Shown here piece by piece: positions 47,950-59,531 of a stretch of DNA of 64,000 bases. Source of the DNA: Lingula anatina (taxonomy: Eukaryota; Animalia; Brachiopoda); assembly GCA_051362555.1 (NCBI GenBank), contig CM120644.1, positions 6,394,954 through 6,458,953 of the forward strand, given 5' to 3'. Each line of letters opens with the position of its first letter. Position 1 is the first letter of the stretch. Made by a program: the position numbers and the translations under genes. The notes under the pieces were generated by a model, which saw only the letters and a list, made by a program, of their open reading frames with translations, had not been told where the DNA came from and did not search any database.

Positions 47950-48471
47950 GGTCTAACCAACTACCAGACTCGGCACCTAAGGATCCTGAATTAACCGGTA
48001 TATCGGACCACACTACCCGTTTTCAAGGTGTGTGTCAGATCGCATTTCGGAGTATCAGTCAGAACACCGACAGGATGAGCCTACGCTCGGCTGTCACCTT
48101 GATTGGATAGTAAACGATTGTCGTATTTAATTGCTATATGATTTTAAAACCGGGTGCATAAATTTGAAAGCCACCTAGATGAAACTTAGACTGCCACATT
48201 AATCTAATACAATGCAAAAAAGCCCTATCAAAAGTGTTTAAAACATTCAAACCGAATGTCGTAAAGTCCCCATATACCCCCATAGAGACAATGAAATAGA
48301 GCACTCCAAAGTAAGAGTACAGTTTAAGGTTGTTCAGCCGAGCGTGGATGAGCCCTGCAGTCGTCCTACAAAATCTGTTCTGGGGTATGATACTCCGAAA
48401 TGCGATCTGACACACACCTTGAAAACGGGTAGTGTGGTCCTTAGGTGCCGAGTCTGGTAGTTGGTTAGGCC
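47950..48471. repeat. inverted repeat pair (arms about 150 bp), probable foldback or MITE element upstream of the CEMIP start
   Basis: 47950-48100 (CTAACCAACTACCAGACTCGGCACCTAAGG...CACACTACCCGTTTTCAAGGTGTGTGTCAGATCGCATTTCGGAGTATCA) is the reverse complement of 48326-48471. Confidence 0.85.
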
Positions 48472-48867
48472 TGGAGGATGTCATCCTCTCTCAGCTAGGT
48501 TTAAAGGCATACACGTACAGTGTTGAAAAATGGGTTAAAACCATCATTTTTGATCAATTAAAAAAGTGATTTCATTTTATTAGTTGTAAACAAATTTTAT
48601 ACGAGTGTGTATCTACTTTATGATACGCCTGCATGTTGGCTCTGCATTGAAATAGGCTGTAGAGTGACGCAAGCAGCGTCGAAGCGCGTGAAGCCATTCA
48701 GATAATTCATTTTCGGACGCGGTTACTTCAACTCCAGGTCTACAACAAGTTTTTTTCACACAAAAGAAGAGAAAAACCCTTAACATGGGTATTATTTAAA
48801 AATCAACAAAAGCAAACGCCGCTATTCTATGTTTATAGTTAGGTTAGGCAGCAGCACAGCTGACATA

Positions 48868-48965
48868 CCCAGCAGATAAACAACATTGATTCACCGTTGA
48901 ATCAACGTTAATTTTGGTGGATCAACGTTGAAACAACGTAGAATCAATGTCGTTTCCCTGACGGG
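48868..48965. mobile_element. small palindromic MITE (about 98 bp)
   Basis: CCCAGCAG..AAACAACATTGATTC..CGTTG pairs imperfectly with CAACGTAGAATCAATGTCGTTT..CTGACGGG. Confidence 0.55.
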
Positions 48966-49307
48966 ATAGGTTTTCACATTTGCAGTATTCGGGCTCGACT
49001 ATTACAGATTCTAGCATGTTTCGACACTTCGCTTGGACTTCCTTAACTTCAAAGCATTGATCCAAATTTGACATTTTGCTGTCTACGAAGAAAAATAGCT
49101 GACGTCTTTTTTATTGATTCCTTGATTACGGCACTGGAGTGCAACACAAGTTTGCGGTATGTTTTTTATGACACCGTTTTTTGGTCAGCTGTCAATGTGT
49201 TATCATTACAACACTCATACACAGCAGTCCATAGATCTTACGCACATGATGTAACTAGAAATTGACCAATCAGTGTAGAACAGTTTCATTAGCTATGTTA
49301 TTGTAAT

Positions 49308-49647
49308 AGACTTTTGAAGATTTTTTGTCTTACCAGCAAAAATCTTGGAAAGAGAGCCACGGGACTTACACTGGAAAGTTCTTGAAGCGATCAACATCCG
49401 CGCACATGGGGCCAAGTTGAATCGGAATGATGGGACTGAGCTACCCAACCTCTACCTACCACTCCTAAGGGATGGGCAGGCCAGGGCAGGTCTGACCAAA
49501 TAGCACACCAAAGGGGGTGATAGGTTGTCACACCTAGACACCACAACCTCATTCTCTGATGAAGTCTAACTGCAAGCAGACGAAATATTGGATGATAAGA
49601 CCAGGCAAATATAAGTAGCTATAGACAAAAGAATCTTCACAAGTCTT
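49308..49647 (+). mobile_element. Penelope-like element 3' fragment (GIY-YIG endonuclease tail, hammerhead-type motif, inverted terminal copy)
   Basis: 49336-49503 translates [44 protein letters not shown], the typical PLE GIY-YIG C-terminus. 49308-49330 is an imperfect inverted copy of 49623-49647. Confidence 0.8.
49549..49595 (+). ncRNA. putative minimal type I hammerhead ribozyme
   Basis: TCATTC-T-CTGATGA-A-GTCT-(loop)-AGAC-GAAA-TATT-GGATGA: conserved core, 4-bp stem II, stem I TCATTC/GGATGA, minimal stem III. Confidence 0.6.
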
Positions 49648-49862
49648 GACCAATCAGAATTTTATCATTCTAGTTCCCCCTTTTCTCACTATAAATTTTT
49701 TTAAAAATTCTTATTGAATCATAGTAAATATATTGTTAATTAATCAGTTAACAAAGGGGGAGTAAAGGGGGTTTAAATATAACAAAGACGACATCCGAGG
49801 AAGCCCCTGTGCAGTATATTGTCTATTTCTGCAATGACTTGGGAACCTTCATTGTTTCAGAG

Positions 49863-50770
49863 GGTATCAGGACAATTCCCCCCCCCCCGGACAATTCCCC
49901 CCCGGACTATTCCCCCTGGACAATTCCCCCCTGACAATTCCCCCCCGAAGAATATATATATATATATTTATATACAAATATTAAGTAAAGAATACAAAGT
50001 TCAAAGTTCTTTTCATCCATTTTCTGAATATTTCTTAGTGTGATGATGCAAATCAAGGATAGATAATATTAATTTTATTAAACAATTTATTTTCTTGGAG
50101 TCCAAGTACATGAAATTTTCGAGATAGAAGTACAGAACTTTTTATTAAAAATCTGATCAAAGAATATATATCTCCAGGTAAAGGAGGGGTAAACAAATGA
50201 TCTCACTCATCCAGGTAGCCCTTTGATGAATTAAATGTTACTTTTAATTGCTTTATTTCTCCCCCCCCCCCCTTGATTCAGTAAATCTTGAATCAAGGTG
50301 CATCTCTAGGGAGAGGTGGGGTAAACAGATTTTCTCGCTTATCCAGGTATCCCTGTGACTATTTGTCACTTTTAATTGCTTGACCACCACCCATCACCCA
50401 CCACACTAAAATATTTATAAAATATCTGTTTACCTGTTCATCTGTTTACCCCACTTTTACCTGAAGGATAAGTGGTTATACTTCGATTAGATACTTAATG
50501 AATCTTCCTGTACTTGTACTCAATAAAAAGGGAATTTGTTATAAAATAATTTGTTTCATGATGAAGTTATATTATCACACTAAAAATGTTAATAAAATAG
50601 ATGAAATGTTTTAAACTTTACACTTTCTACTTTATATTTGTATATAAATATATATTTCTTGGGGGGGAATCGTCCGGGGGGGAATTGTCCTGGGGGGGAA
50701 TTGTGGGGGGGGATTGTCCGGGGGGAATAGTCCGGGGGGGAATTGTCCGGGGGGGAATTGTCCTAGAATC
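49863..50770. mobile_element. non-autonomous Mutator-like DNA transposon (908 bp) with G/C-run subterminal repeats
   Basis: 9-bp TSD GTTTCAGAG (49854-49862, 50771-50779). Inverted arms built from about 15-bp GGACAATTCCCCCCC units. Confidence 0.85.
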
Positions 50771-51027
50771 GTTTCAGAGAACAACATTGCATATGAGCCA
50801 CTGATAAAGTGAACATATTTTCCGTTACATAATCAGTATGCGGGTACAAATTATGGTGGAGGGAAAGTATATTTTTGTGTTCCCTTAATTACCATCAGGC
50901 GTTATATTATATAATTTTCAATCCTCAGCCTGTGGAAGCTGAGTATACACATATGCTTGGAATTCTTTCAGTTTGAAACGCATGACAGAAATCTCTTCAT
51001 TCTGCACAGGCATCGCTTGAGGAAGTT

Positions 51028-51659
51028 ATGATGGCTGTAGTACCTTATGTTCTTCTGCTTCTCTGTGGCATAGGATTTGTCTTTGAAGGTAACGTAACAG
51101 TGCAACAATCTGTAACATTTTTTATTAGGATGTTCAGACATGTATTTTGCGACCCCCCCCCCCCCCCCACACACACATGGTGACCAAATAAGAGTTCACA
51201 TGCAGTCACCCTGAAGGGGGGCTAGGGCGATGCATGGTCTCACCTAGTAGGCTATAGGGTGCCTAGGTCTCACTTAGGGTACAGAATCTACATCAGTATC
51301 TGGACTGTATTTCACTTTGGTGCGAAAATACCAATGGTAGTCATCGTTGAAAACCCGAACCACGTTCAATTCAGGAATATTCTGGAACCACTTGTCTACC
51401 ATTTGTTAGAACAAATTAATGTCAATTCTGTATATACAATTGCCGGTATGAAGGGAATGTATGTCCGCCGTAATGCATGTCCGTATAATATGTGTTCCTA
51501 GAAATTAGTGTCATGTGGACATTAAGTCCTGGGAATGCATGTCCTGGGTTTCCCATTACTAGGAGCACATGTCCTAGGACATTGAAAAATTTCAAAAACA
51601 TACAGGTTGAAAAAGAAATAATTCAAACTTTCTCTCTCCTCTCTCTCTTTCTTTCTCTC

Positions 51660-51695
<36 letters not shown>

Positions 51696-54600
51696 CAATA
51701 GAACAGTGTTAACGTTAAAGAAAAAAAAACTTCTTAAATGTGTAATCACCATTACACCTTACGTTTGTATATGGTAGTAATATAATAGTGCTGGTAATTG
51801 TGCATGATAAATCTGAGCGCCACATGCAGTATGTCGCTCCTTTATTATGTTCTCCCCGGATGATGATAATAATTCGGAGTAGAACAGAAACGTGAAGATC
51901 AGGAACAAATTGGGGAAAAGATATCATTATGTTGTAAATATAATACTAGTATTATAACAAAATGATTACATTGTACAATTAAACTTTAGTGAGTTGTAAT
52001 GAATGTACATAATCGTTATTATTATGTATCGTGTGGCAACTACTGGACTCGATCGGTTGTTATAGAAATAAACCGACATTTTTTATACAGAATTTTGCTA
52101 CATGTATAAGTACAGTTAACTAGAATGCAGCACTGTTTGCGTTAGTGCACACACACGCATTCTGATCAATGTTTTTTTTTTTTATCTATCTGGTAAAAGC
52201 AGCTGTTAACATTACATTTTATGAACAAAATAACGCAAGACACGCATTTAAAAAAGATAAATGAACGAAGGAAAATATAACTCCAAAAATAGCATTAAAA
52301 CTTTGACCCTCTTGTGTGTGTGTGTGTGTGCGTGTGTTTTTTCTTCATTTCAGAGCCCTTGGTTGAGCGATCTCTCACAGGGAAAGGAGTATGTGGTGTT
52401 TCATTCCCGTACCATTTTAATGGCAGTTGCTATGACATTGGCACGTTAGCTAAGACTTGGTCTGAGGCGAGAACTGAATGTGTAATCAGGAGAGCGAATC
52501 TCGTTGCATTAGAATCAAATCAGGAGGACGACTACTTGTCCATGCAACTCAGAAGATTCTATCCACCCTATGAAGTAAGGATCCTAACGTTTTATCACCA
52601 ATTTAACAGTTTTGAGATGTTTGCAACTGAAGTTTATACTGCTTTAAATTTTGCACATATTAATGATATGATGCTTACTGAAAAATATAAGGCATCCATG
52701 TTGTTAAACTTTTGAAGTCCATCGGAGAACTGGTAGAGGTTTAGACATGTCTCTGTTTTAATCATTTCTTTATTTATTTTAATAAAATGTGTATAAATGC
52801 TCTGTAGAGTTGAGCTCTCTGAAAACCGTATACAGGTATACCATGTGTGTGTGTGCGTGTGTGTGTGCGTGTGTGTTATGTGCATATACATGTATTTGTT
52901 ATATAAAAGTCCAAATGGCCAAATCAATAATCGTTTTCGAAATAAGGTCAGTTTTCTCTCTCCCCCCTTACTCAATTCTTAATTTCCAAGTCAGACTGAA
53001 TTGGAAATTGGCACGTCAGCATACAAGTTTCTTCATTTCATTCATAGGTTGATGCTGTAATAAGAATATAATAAAATGACCAAGTTAAGATAGCAGATCA
53101 TGGTTTATGAAAAAAAATCCAAAATGGCACCTACAGGTAGATGAACAACTACCCTGTTTTTTTAACTGTGTGGGTGAGTGGAAGCAAAGACACAATATGT
53201 AGAATAATGTACACATTTGTCGGACATAACTGGACATTTAGTTGTGAAACCACTTTGCAGTAAGATTCGCATTAATAGTGAAAAGAAAAGGAATAATAAA
53301 AGACACATTATGATGAATTTGAAATTTCCATTTTCATTACGTAAAAATGTAGAGGAGTTTTTTATGCAATTTTGGAAATTTCCAAGAGGCATACCTTCTG
53401 GTTTTAATTGGTCAATATTTATTTACTCAGTTATCATGACCTCTGAAGTGACGAAATATGCCTGTTGACTTGCAATCTTACAATTCAATAGGGAGGTGAG
53501 AAAATTGTGAAGGTTAAAAGCCTCAGTCACAACCGGCTGTACGGGCTCTTAGGGACTGCTTGCATCCAAATTTTGTGCAGAATCTCAGGTGTCATGCAAG
53601 TCCTTCTTACTAAATTTGGAGTTTGCAGACAGCCCGTAAGAACGTAAGGAGGATGTTGGACATGTCCAAAAGATTCGATGAATAATATGCGAACAGTGAG
53701 GCCGCAGCCGTTACTTGCTTCCCTCGCAAGGAGTTCGATACGCATTAAGACGTGCGTGGTCCAAGATGCAAGCAATGAAGGAGCAGGTGCCCTTTGCGAG
53801 TTGAGTGCGGCCCACGCCATCACAGCTGACGAACCGAGTCAAAAGCACGGCGGGGGTGCGTCGCACGTGCTCCCCCCTCCCAAGCCTGGAGCAAAAAAGG
53901 CGTGCTCACGACGCGCGCTCATGTTGACAATAAACGTCGATTGTGCAACGTATACAACAATTTTTGAAAAATTCGAATTCTGCTAATTCAGCTTCTAATA
54001 TTCCTCCAAAAGGCAAGGAAAAGAAAAGCTTAGACAACAGAAAAGAAGGGAGGAGGAAAAAGAAAGAAGGGGAGAACAGGAGGCAAAATTTACGTACGCC
54101 GTCACTACGTCATCACAATTGTGTGAGGCAAGTGTGAGGCAAAAGTTGACCAAAAGGGAACTATTTTTGCCATGCGTTGCATTCTTTTTTAAGTGGTGAG
54201 TTCGTGTCACGTACGCAGGTAATAAGACAAACTCAAGAAATGAGTACAATTTCCACGGTCATCACACCTTGCAATAAGCGTCCCTGTTTGAATGGAAATC
54301 TCACGTGGCCGCTTCGACTCGTAAGGCAGACTTGCGCCTTTCCATTGCAACCTTTCCTCTACCTCTACAAACTCCACGGCCTCCACTGCGCCCAAAATTC
54401 GCAGGGGACGTACGGTCCTAAAGTTCGTGGCATACGAATGTCTGGTTTTGCGTTGCGTTTCACAGCATTGTTACAACGTATGTCGCTCCAAGAGTGACTA
54501 TGGACATTGACAGTATCAGTATTTGGAGTGGAATTGACTTTGGGGCAAAACACCAATGGCTGTCTTTGATGGAAATCTGAATCACGTGAAATACAGGAAT

Positions 54601-55581
54601 AATCTGATCTTTGATCCACTTGCCCACCATTTTATAGGGGGCATGCCTCAGGAACAATTTAAGGTTACATTATGAAAAGCTCGTCTGAAGAGAGTAATTG
54701 TGATTGCAGACAACCTTCAGAACCAAGGGATTGAGTAGCTACTTTGGTCATCAAGTTCGTCATATTTGAACCATATCAAAGTCTACTGGTCTTACAACAA
54801 ATTTGAACCAGACTGGACAGGCTCAGGCCGATGTCTTGAATGTTATTCGAAGTCAAACTCTTAGAAACATGTCCGAAGCAATGTCTTGCCGCTTGAGCGC
54901 CCTGATAGCAGCCAGATTAGTTCAAGCGCACCAGCGACCATTGCTTAAACTAAACTCTGACATTAAGGTCCTTGGTGGTGCGTGTAACTCTTTTACAGAT
55001 GTTAATTCGGAAAATATGAAGATCCAAAATATTGCTTTCAGTGATTTTCATATGACTAAGAATCAGCTTCATATGTTTATTTGCTCCACTAGCGAATCAA
55101 TGTTAGCACTGATGTCACTGTGACATCAAAGATATTATCAAAATTTATTAAAATGCGATTTTAATCTTAATTTGCATTTTACAGTCAGAAAAATTGGAGA
55201 AAAATAATTTGAAAAAATATTCCATATTAAATTTGTAGTCTGTACTATTACTTGTGTTTATCATACTGTACATCTGTACTGTTTATTTCAATGCCCTTAT
55301 CAGTTCATATAACCACAGCGAGCAACACATGTTTTTTTTAGGAACATGAATATTGTTACTGGACCAGCGGAAAGCAGGTGTTGCCAAACAGAAATGACCT
55401 CTGGGAATGGTCATCTAATGGGAAGGGCCTCTCTCCTTACACTCGGTGGGGACCAGAGGAGCCATTATGCACATCAGATTATTGCACATGCATGTGTCTA
55501 TATGAGCCATACAATTTTGGATGGGCTGCTGCTTCATGTGAAACCAAGTGTTCATATGTTTGTGAGAGGGAACAAATATAG
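51028..55581 (+). CDS. secreted single-domain C-type lectin (perlucin-like), about 173 aa, exons 51028-51088, 52354-52574, 55342-55581
   Basis: Signal peptide MMAVVPYVLLLLCGIGFVF; FNGSCY...KTWSEARTEC...NLVALES; YWTSG, WEWS, YTRWGPEEP, C-x7-C SYVCE. Splice phases 1 and 0 are compatible. Confidence 0.88.
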
Positions 55582-56423
55582 GACAGTGAAATGTGCTCTC
55601 AACAAGTACACTGTACTTCATGACATAAACTCGATTCACGATGATGACACATTAGGTTAAGTATTCAGTATAAATCACAAGCAATACCAATCGACTGTAA
55701 GCAGAGGTCTTAAAAACACTGACATTGTAATTGTTCTCTCTGATTTCTTCCTTCGGTATAACTTCTCGGAAAATACTTTTGCTGAAAAAATAAAATTAAT
55801 CAGATGCTCATATCTAAGATTTTGAAAGGACCAGTCTGTAATTATCCTTGTCACTGTCACAGCTGCCCCGACGAGGAAACCCCAGAAGGCGCCATGCGGT
55901 TAACGTACAGTTACAACAGTATGTATACTAACATAATGAGAAATTGAATCTTATGTTGGTTCTTCTTGAAACCACGCTTCTATATCATCACTTATTTATC
56001 GTCAGAATCTATTTTTACAACTATTTTGCGAGCTGTTGAAGTGCGTATTGGGCTCTATTTCGCGAGATGCCAGTCATACTTTGACGTCATATTCTCCAAC
56101 ACAGAAGCAAGTGAAGGTCTAAAGACATTAGTAAATATCGAAAAATAGACTGATGACTTATTTTCACAATACAATGTCGGTTGGAGTATATATTTCTAAA
56201 ATGTAAGCTCCTAGAAGCATTTTACCTTTCTCGATATCTTCATTAAAAAGGATGTTTTATCATTATCACACCCGCAGTTGGGTTCTGCACCGCCGAGTGA
56301 TAAAATCCTCCATGATATTTGCCGTCCTCAAGCTTATAATCTGCATAATTCTGATGATGAATAAAGTGAAAACAAAATATTCCTTCTGCATGCCTTTCAG
56401 AACCGCTCTTCTTCTGTATTTAA

Positions 56424-56430
56424 TATAATA

Positions 56431-56476
<46 letters not shown>

Positions 56477-58680
56477 TTATTTACTAAAATCGCAACCTAA
56501 TAGGTTGAAGTTTTACAATGCGTCTTAAATAATAAAATCAAAAGGACCAAAGACTTATAAGACAGTTTGAAGCAGTAATTTACATAAAATTTAAAAGACT
56601 GTGTATTATAAAAGATGATTTAAAACGCTCCGTTTTTACTTTTGGTATTAAAAATTTGTTGCTGACCCTGAGATTTCTTGGGTTCTTTTGTTAAAACAGA
56701 TGGTGTAGCTTATTAAAATTCTTGATTTTTGTAAAATAGTTCTTAAGTAAAACGACTCTTCTCTCCCTCAGAGAGGTGAGATTGCTAGCCTGTAGGGCAT
56801 CCTTGTAAATATAAAATGGGTAAATAATTCTAAGAGCTCTCCTTTGAACAGATTCTAAGCATTCACATTGTTCAGCTGTAAGACCAGGCCCCCACACAGG
56901 GCATGCATATTCTAGGACTGATCTAATTATTGATTGATATATAACTATTAGATCCTCAGTGGCCAGATTTGCCCTTTCCAACTGCCTTAGATAAAAAAGC
57001 TTGGCACAAGACTTTGAATAAATTAACTGCACATGTTCTGTCCACTTGAGATCAGGGGTCAGAGTTACTCCTAGTAGCTTAAATTTACTCACTTTTTCTA
57101 CAATTTCTCCATCTACCAATAGTGTTGGAATGATATCTATACATTTGGTAAAGTTAAAATCCATACATTTTGTCTTCTTAACATTTAATTTCATATTGTT
57201 ATTTCTAACCCAATTTTCAAGTTGCTCTATTGCCTGTGGAAGTAGTGATTTTTGGCCAAACTGACAAAGTTCATAAATAGATGTATCATCAACAAATTTT
57301 ATATCTGGGCAGCAGGTTTTTAGATCATTTATCATTGCTATAAACAGGATTGGACCTAACTTTGTCCCCTGAGGTACCCCTCCGTTAAGCTGGACCCAGT
57401 CAGATTTACACTGACCACATTTCACTCTCTGATATCTTTGGCATAAAAATGAGAAAATCCACTTCCTTATAAACTCTGGAATCCCTTGACTGCCCAGTTT
57501 TTCAATTAAGATGCTGTGGTCTATTCTGTCAAATGCCTTTGAAAAATCTAAAAATAAAACTTGTGAATAAGATTTGGTTTTAGCAGACGGTTCGAGACCT
57601 TCTAGTATTTTGTGAGTCAGCTCTACTAGGGCGTGGGTAGTAGAGCTATTTTTGACTACTCCAAATTGGGACTTATCGATTTGCAGGCTACTCATCACCC
57701 ATTTTGCCACAAATGACTCCAATATTTTACTCAACACTGGTGTAAGCGATATTGGTCTAAGATCAGCCTCTATCACTTTTGGTTGGTTAACTTTTGGGAC
57801 GGGGATTACCTCTGCAGATTTCCAAGTGTCAGGTACATATCCCTCTCTGATAGAGCTATTAAAAATTGCGCACAAGGGCTTGGAAAGGAAGCCTGCAAAA
57901 TCTCTAATGACCCAATTTGGAATTTGGTCAGGACCTATAGCCTTTGAGAGCTTAACATCACAGAGAAGTTTTTCGACATCATTTACGCTAATAGTAAACT
58001 CATCTGGTACTACATAGTTCTGTTGGCCATTTTCAGCCGGTGTAAGAGGAGTCAAATTGCTACTAACACTTTGAAAAAATTCGTTGATCTTTTTTACTAG
58101 AACCTGGTAATTACCATTTGATGTGCTATCAGCAAGTGACTCTAATGAACATTTATTGTTATTCAAACCTGCTAGCTCTTTGGATTTCTTCCACCAAGTG
58201 GAAGAGTCAGACTGTTTTAGTGATTCTATTTTGTTTTTGTAAAACGATGATTTCAGTTTCTTATTGGTTCTGTTAACTTTGTTTCTGATGCTATGTGAGA
58301 GTTTGGTGTCTCCCTCTCTGAAAGCTTTCTGGCGCTGTTTGATAAGATCCTTGAAGTCGGTGGTTATCCAGGGTTTGTCGGTAGTGTGTCTTGTGGATTC
58401 TTTTATTGGGAGGTACGTATCAAGGAGCTCATTCATTGTCTTTTCAAAGTATTGAAACTGCTCGGAACATGAGTTCATTCTAAAAAGTGGTGTCCAGTCA
58501 ATTTTTATAAGTTCTCCGGCAAAAATAATTTTCTCATTTTTTCCTGATGTACGAGAGTAGGTCTTTTCCACTCTGCCTCGGGGGATACGGTTGTGATTTT
58601 CTGGTAAGGACAGAACTGCATTGTGATCGGAGGAGCCTATGGATGGTAAAATTTCGGGCTCTTTGTAGAATTGTAGTATA
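56424..58680 (-). mobile_element. 5'-truncated non-LTR retrotransposon (CR1/L2-group LINE) with (TTA)n tail
   Basis: RT ORF with LRPISLT, FLDFSKAFD, GVPQGTKLGP and FVDD; APE tail IGSSDHNAV upstream; (TAA)n at 56424-56476 on the plus strand. The 5' boundary is approximate. Confidence 0.92.
56580..58670 (-). pseudogene. LINE ORF2 (APE C-terminus and reverse transcriptase), truncated, with premature stop at 56691-56693
   Basis: After the TAA the frame continues QKNPRNLR...PKVKTERFKSSFI, the conserved ORF2 tail motif, to a stop at 56580. Confidence 0.8.
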
Positions 58681-59531
58681 TTTCAAGAATCAAAATAATC
58701 CACCTAAAAGTATTTTATGAAGAGCACTGTGGCGTTGTTTTTTAATTTATGTAGAAGAGTTCGATTAGTAAACAACGAGAAAAACATTTGGCCTTAATGA
58801 AAAAGAAGCACTTAACTTGCCATGGAAATCCCAAGATTGCCACCATAATAAAATCTGCAAAAATGTCATTTCTGCATTCCTTAAAATTCGATTTGAATTT
58901 AATACACGTACATACAAGCTTTTTCGTCAACTCAGACTCTTATTTAAGTTATTGTAACTAACGGCAGCATCGTGAGATGGTCATGCAGTCCCTATACTGC
59001 TGCCCCGTCAAGGAGCTTCCATGATAAGTCATCACATGTGGAGACCCGCAAAAGTTTCTCAGAGCTCACATAGTCAATCAGTTTACATTTTACAATTAAA
59101 TATTACTTGTACATTGTTGTTGTTTTCAGAGAAATATTCCCGTTAGCATACGTTTAATTTTTTTTTTACACAGGCAACAATTTTGTTCAGTTTGATAAAC
59201 TTAAGAAGTTAATCATGTGCATACATGTCCATTTCACCATGTTCAATGTTGAGTGGGAAATTGTTTATAAAGAGAAAAAAAATAAGGACAGATCCTTGAT
59301 GCGACGGCCATAGGATCAGAGCGGTGATTTCGAAATAAAGTTTGTTGTTTTCTGTCAGTGAAATAAGTTGCACACTGGTACAGTTCTAGTTTCTTTATAA
59401 GGACATCATCATGTTGGCTATATCAAATACTTTCCGTAGTTCTATTAAAATAACACCATATCCCCAGCTATATTAACTACTTTTTAAACGTCATGGCAAA
59501 AATCAAATAAGTCAAATTAAATAAGTAATTT

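Noticed and set aside
53480-55120. GC-richer block with many short overlapping ORFs in lectin intron 2
   Set aside because: No recognisable domain, termini or TSD; possibly an old repeat, but this cannot be supported from the sequence.
3816-55581. Functional glycan gene cluster (sulfotransferases, CEMIP, lectin)
   Set aside because: All belong to large invertebrate families and are interspersed with unrelated genes; there is no evidence of co-regulation without synteny data.
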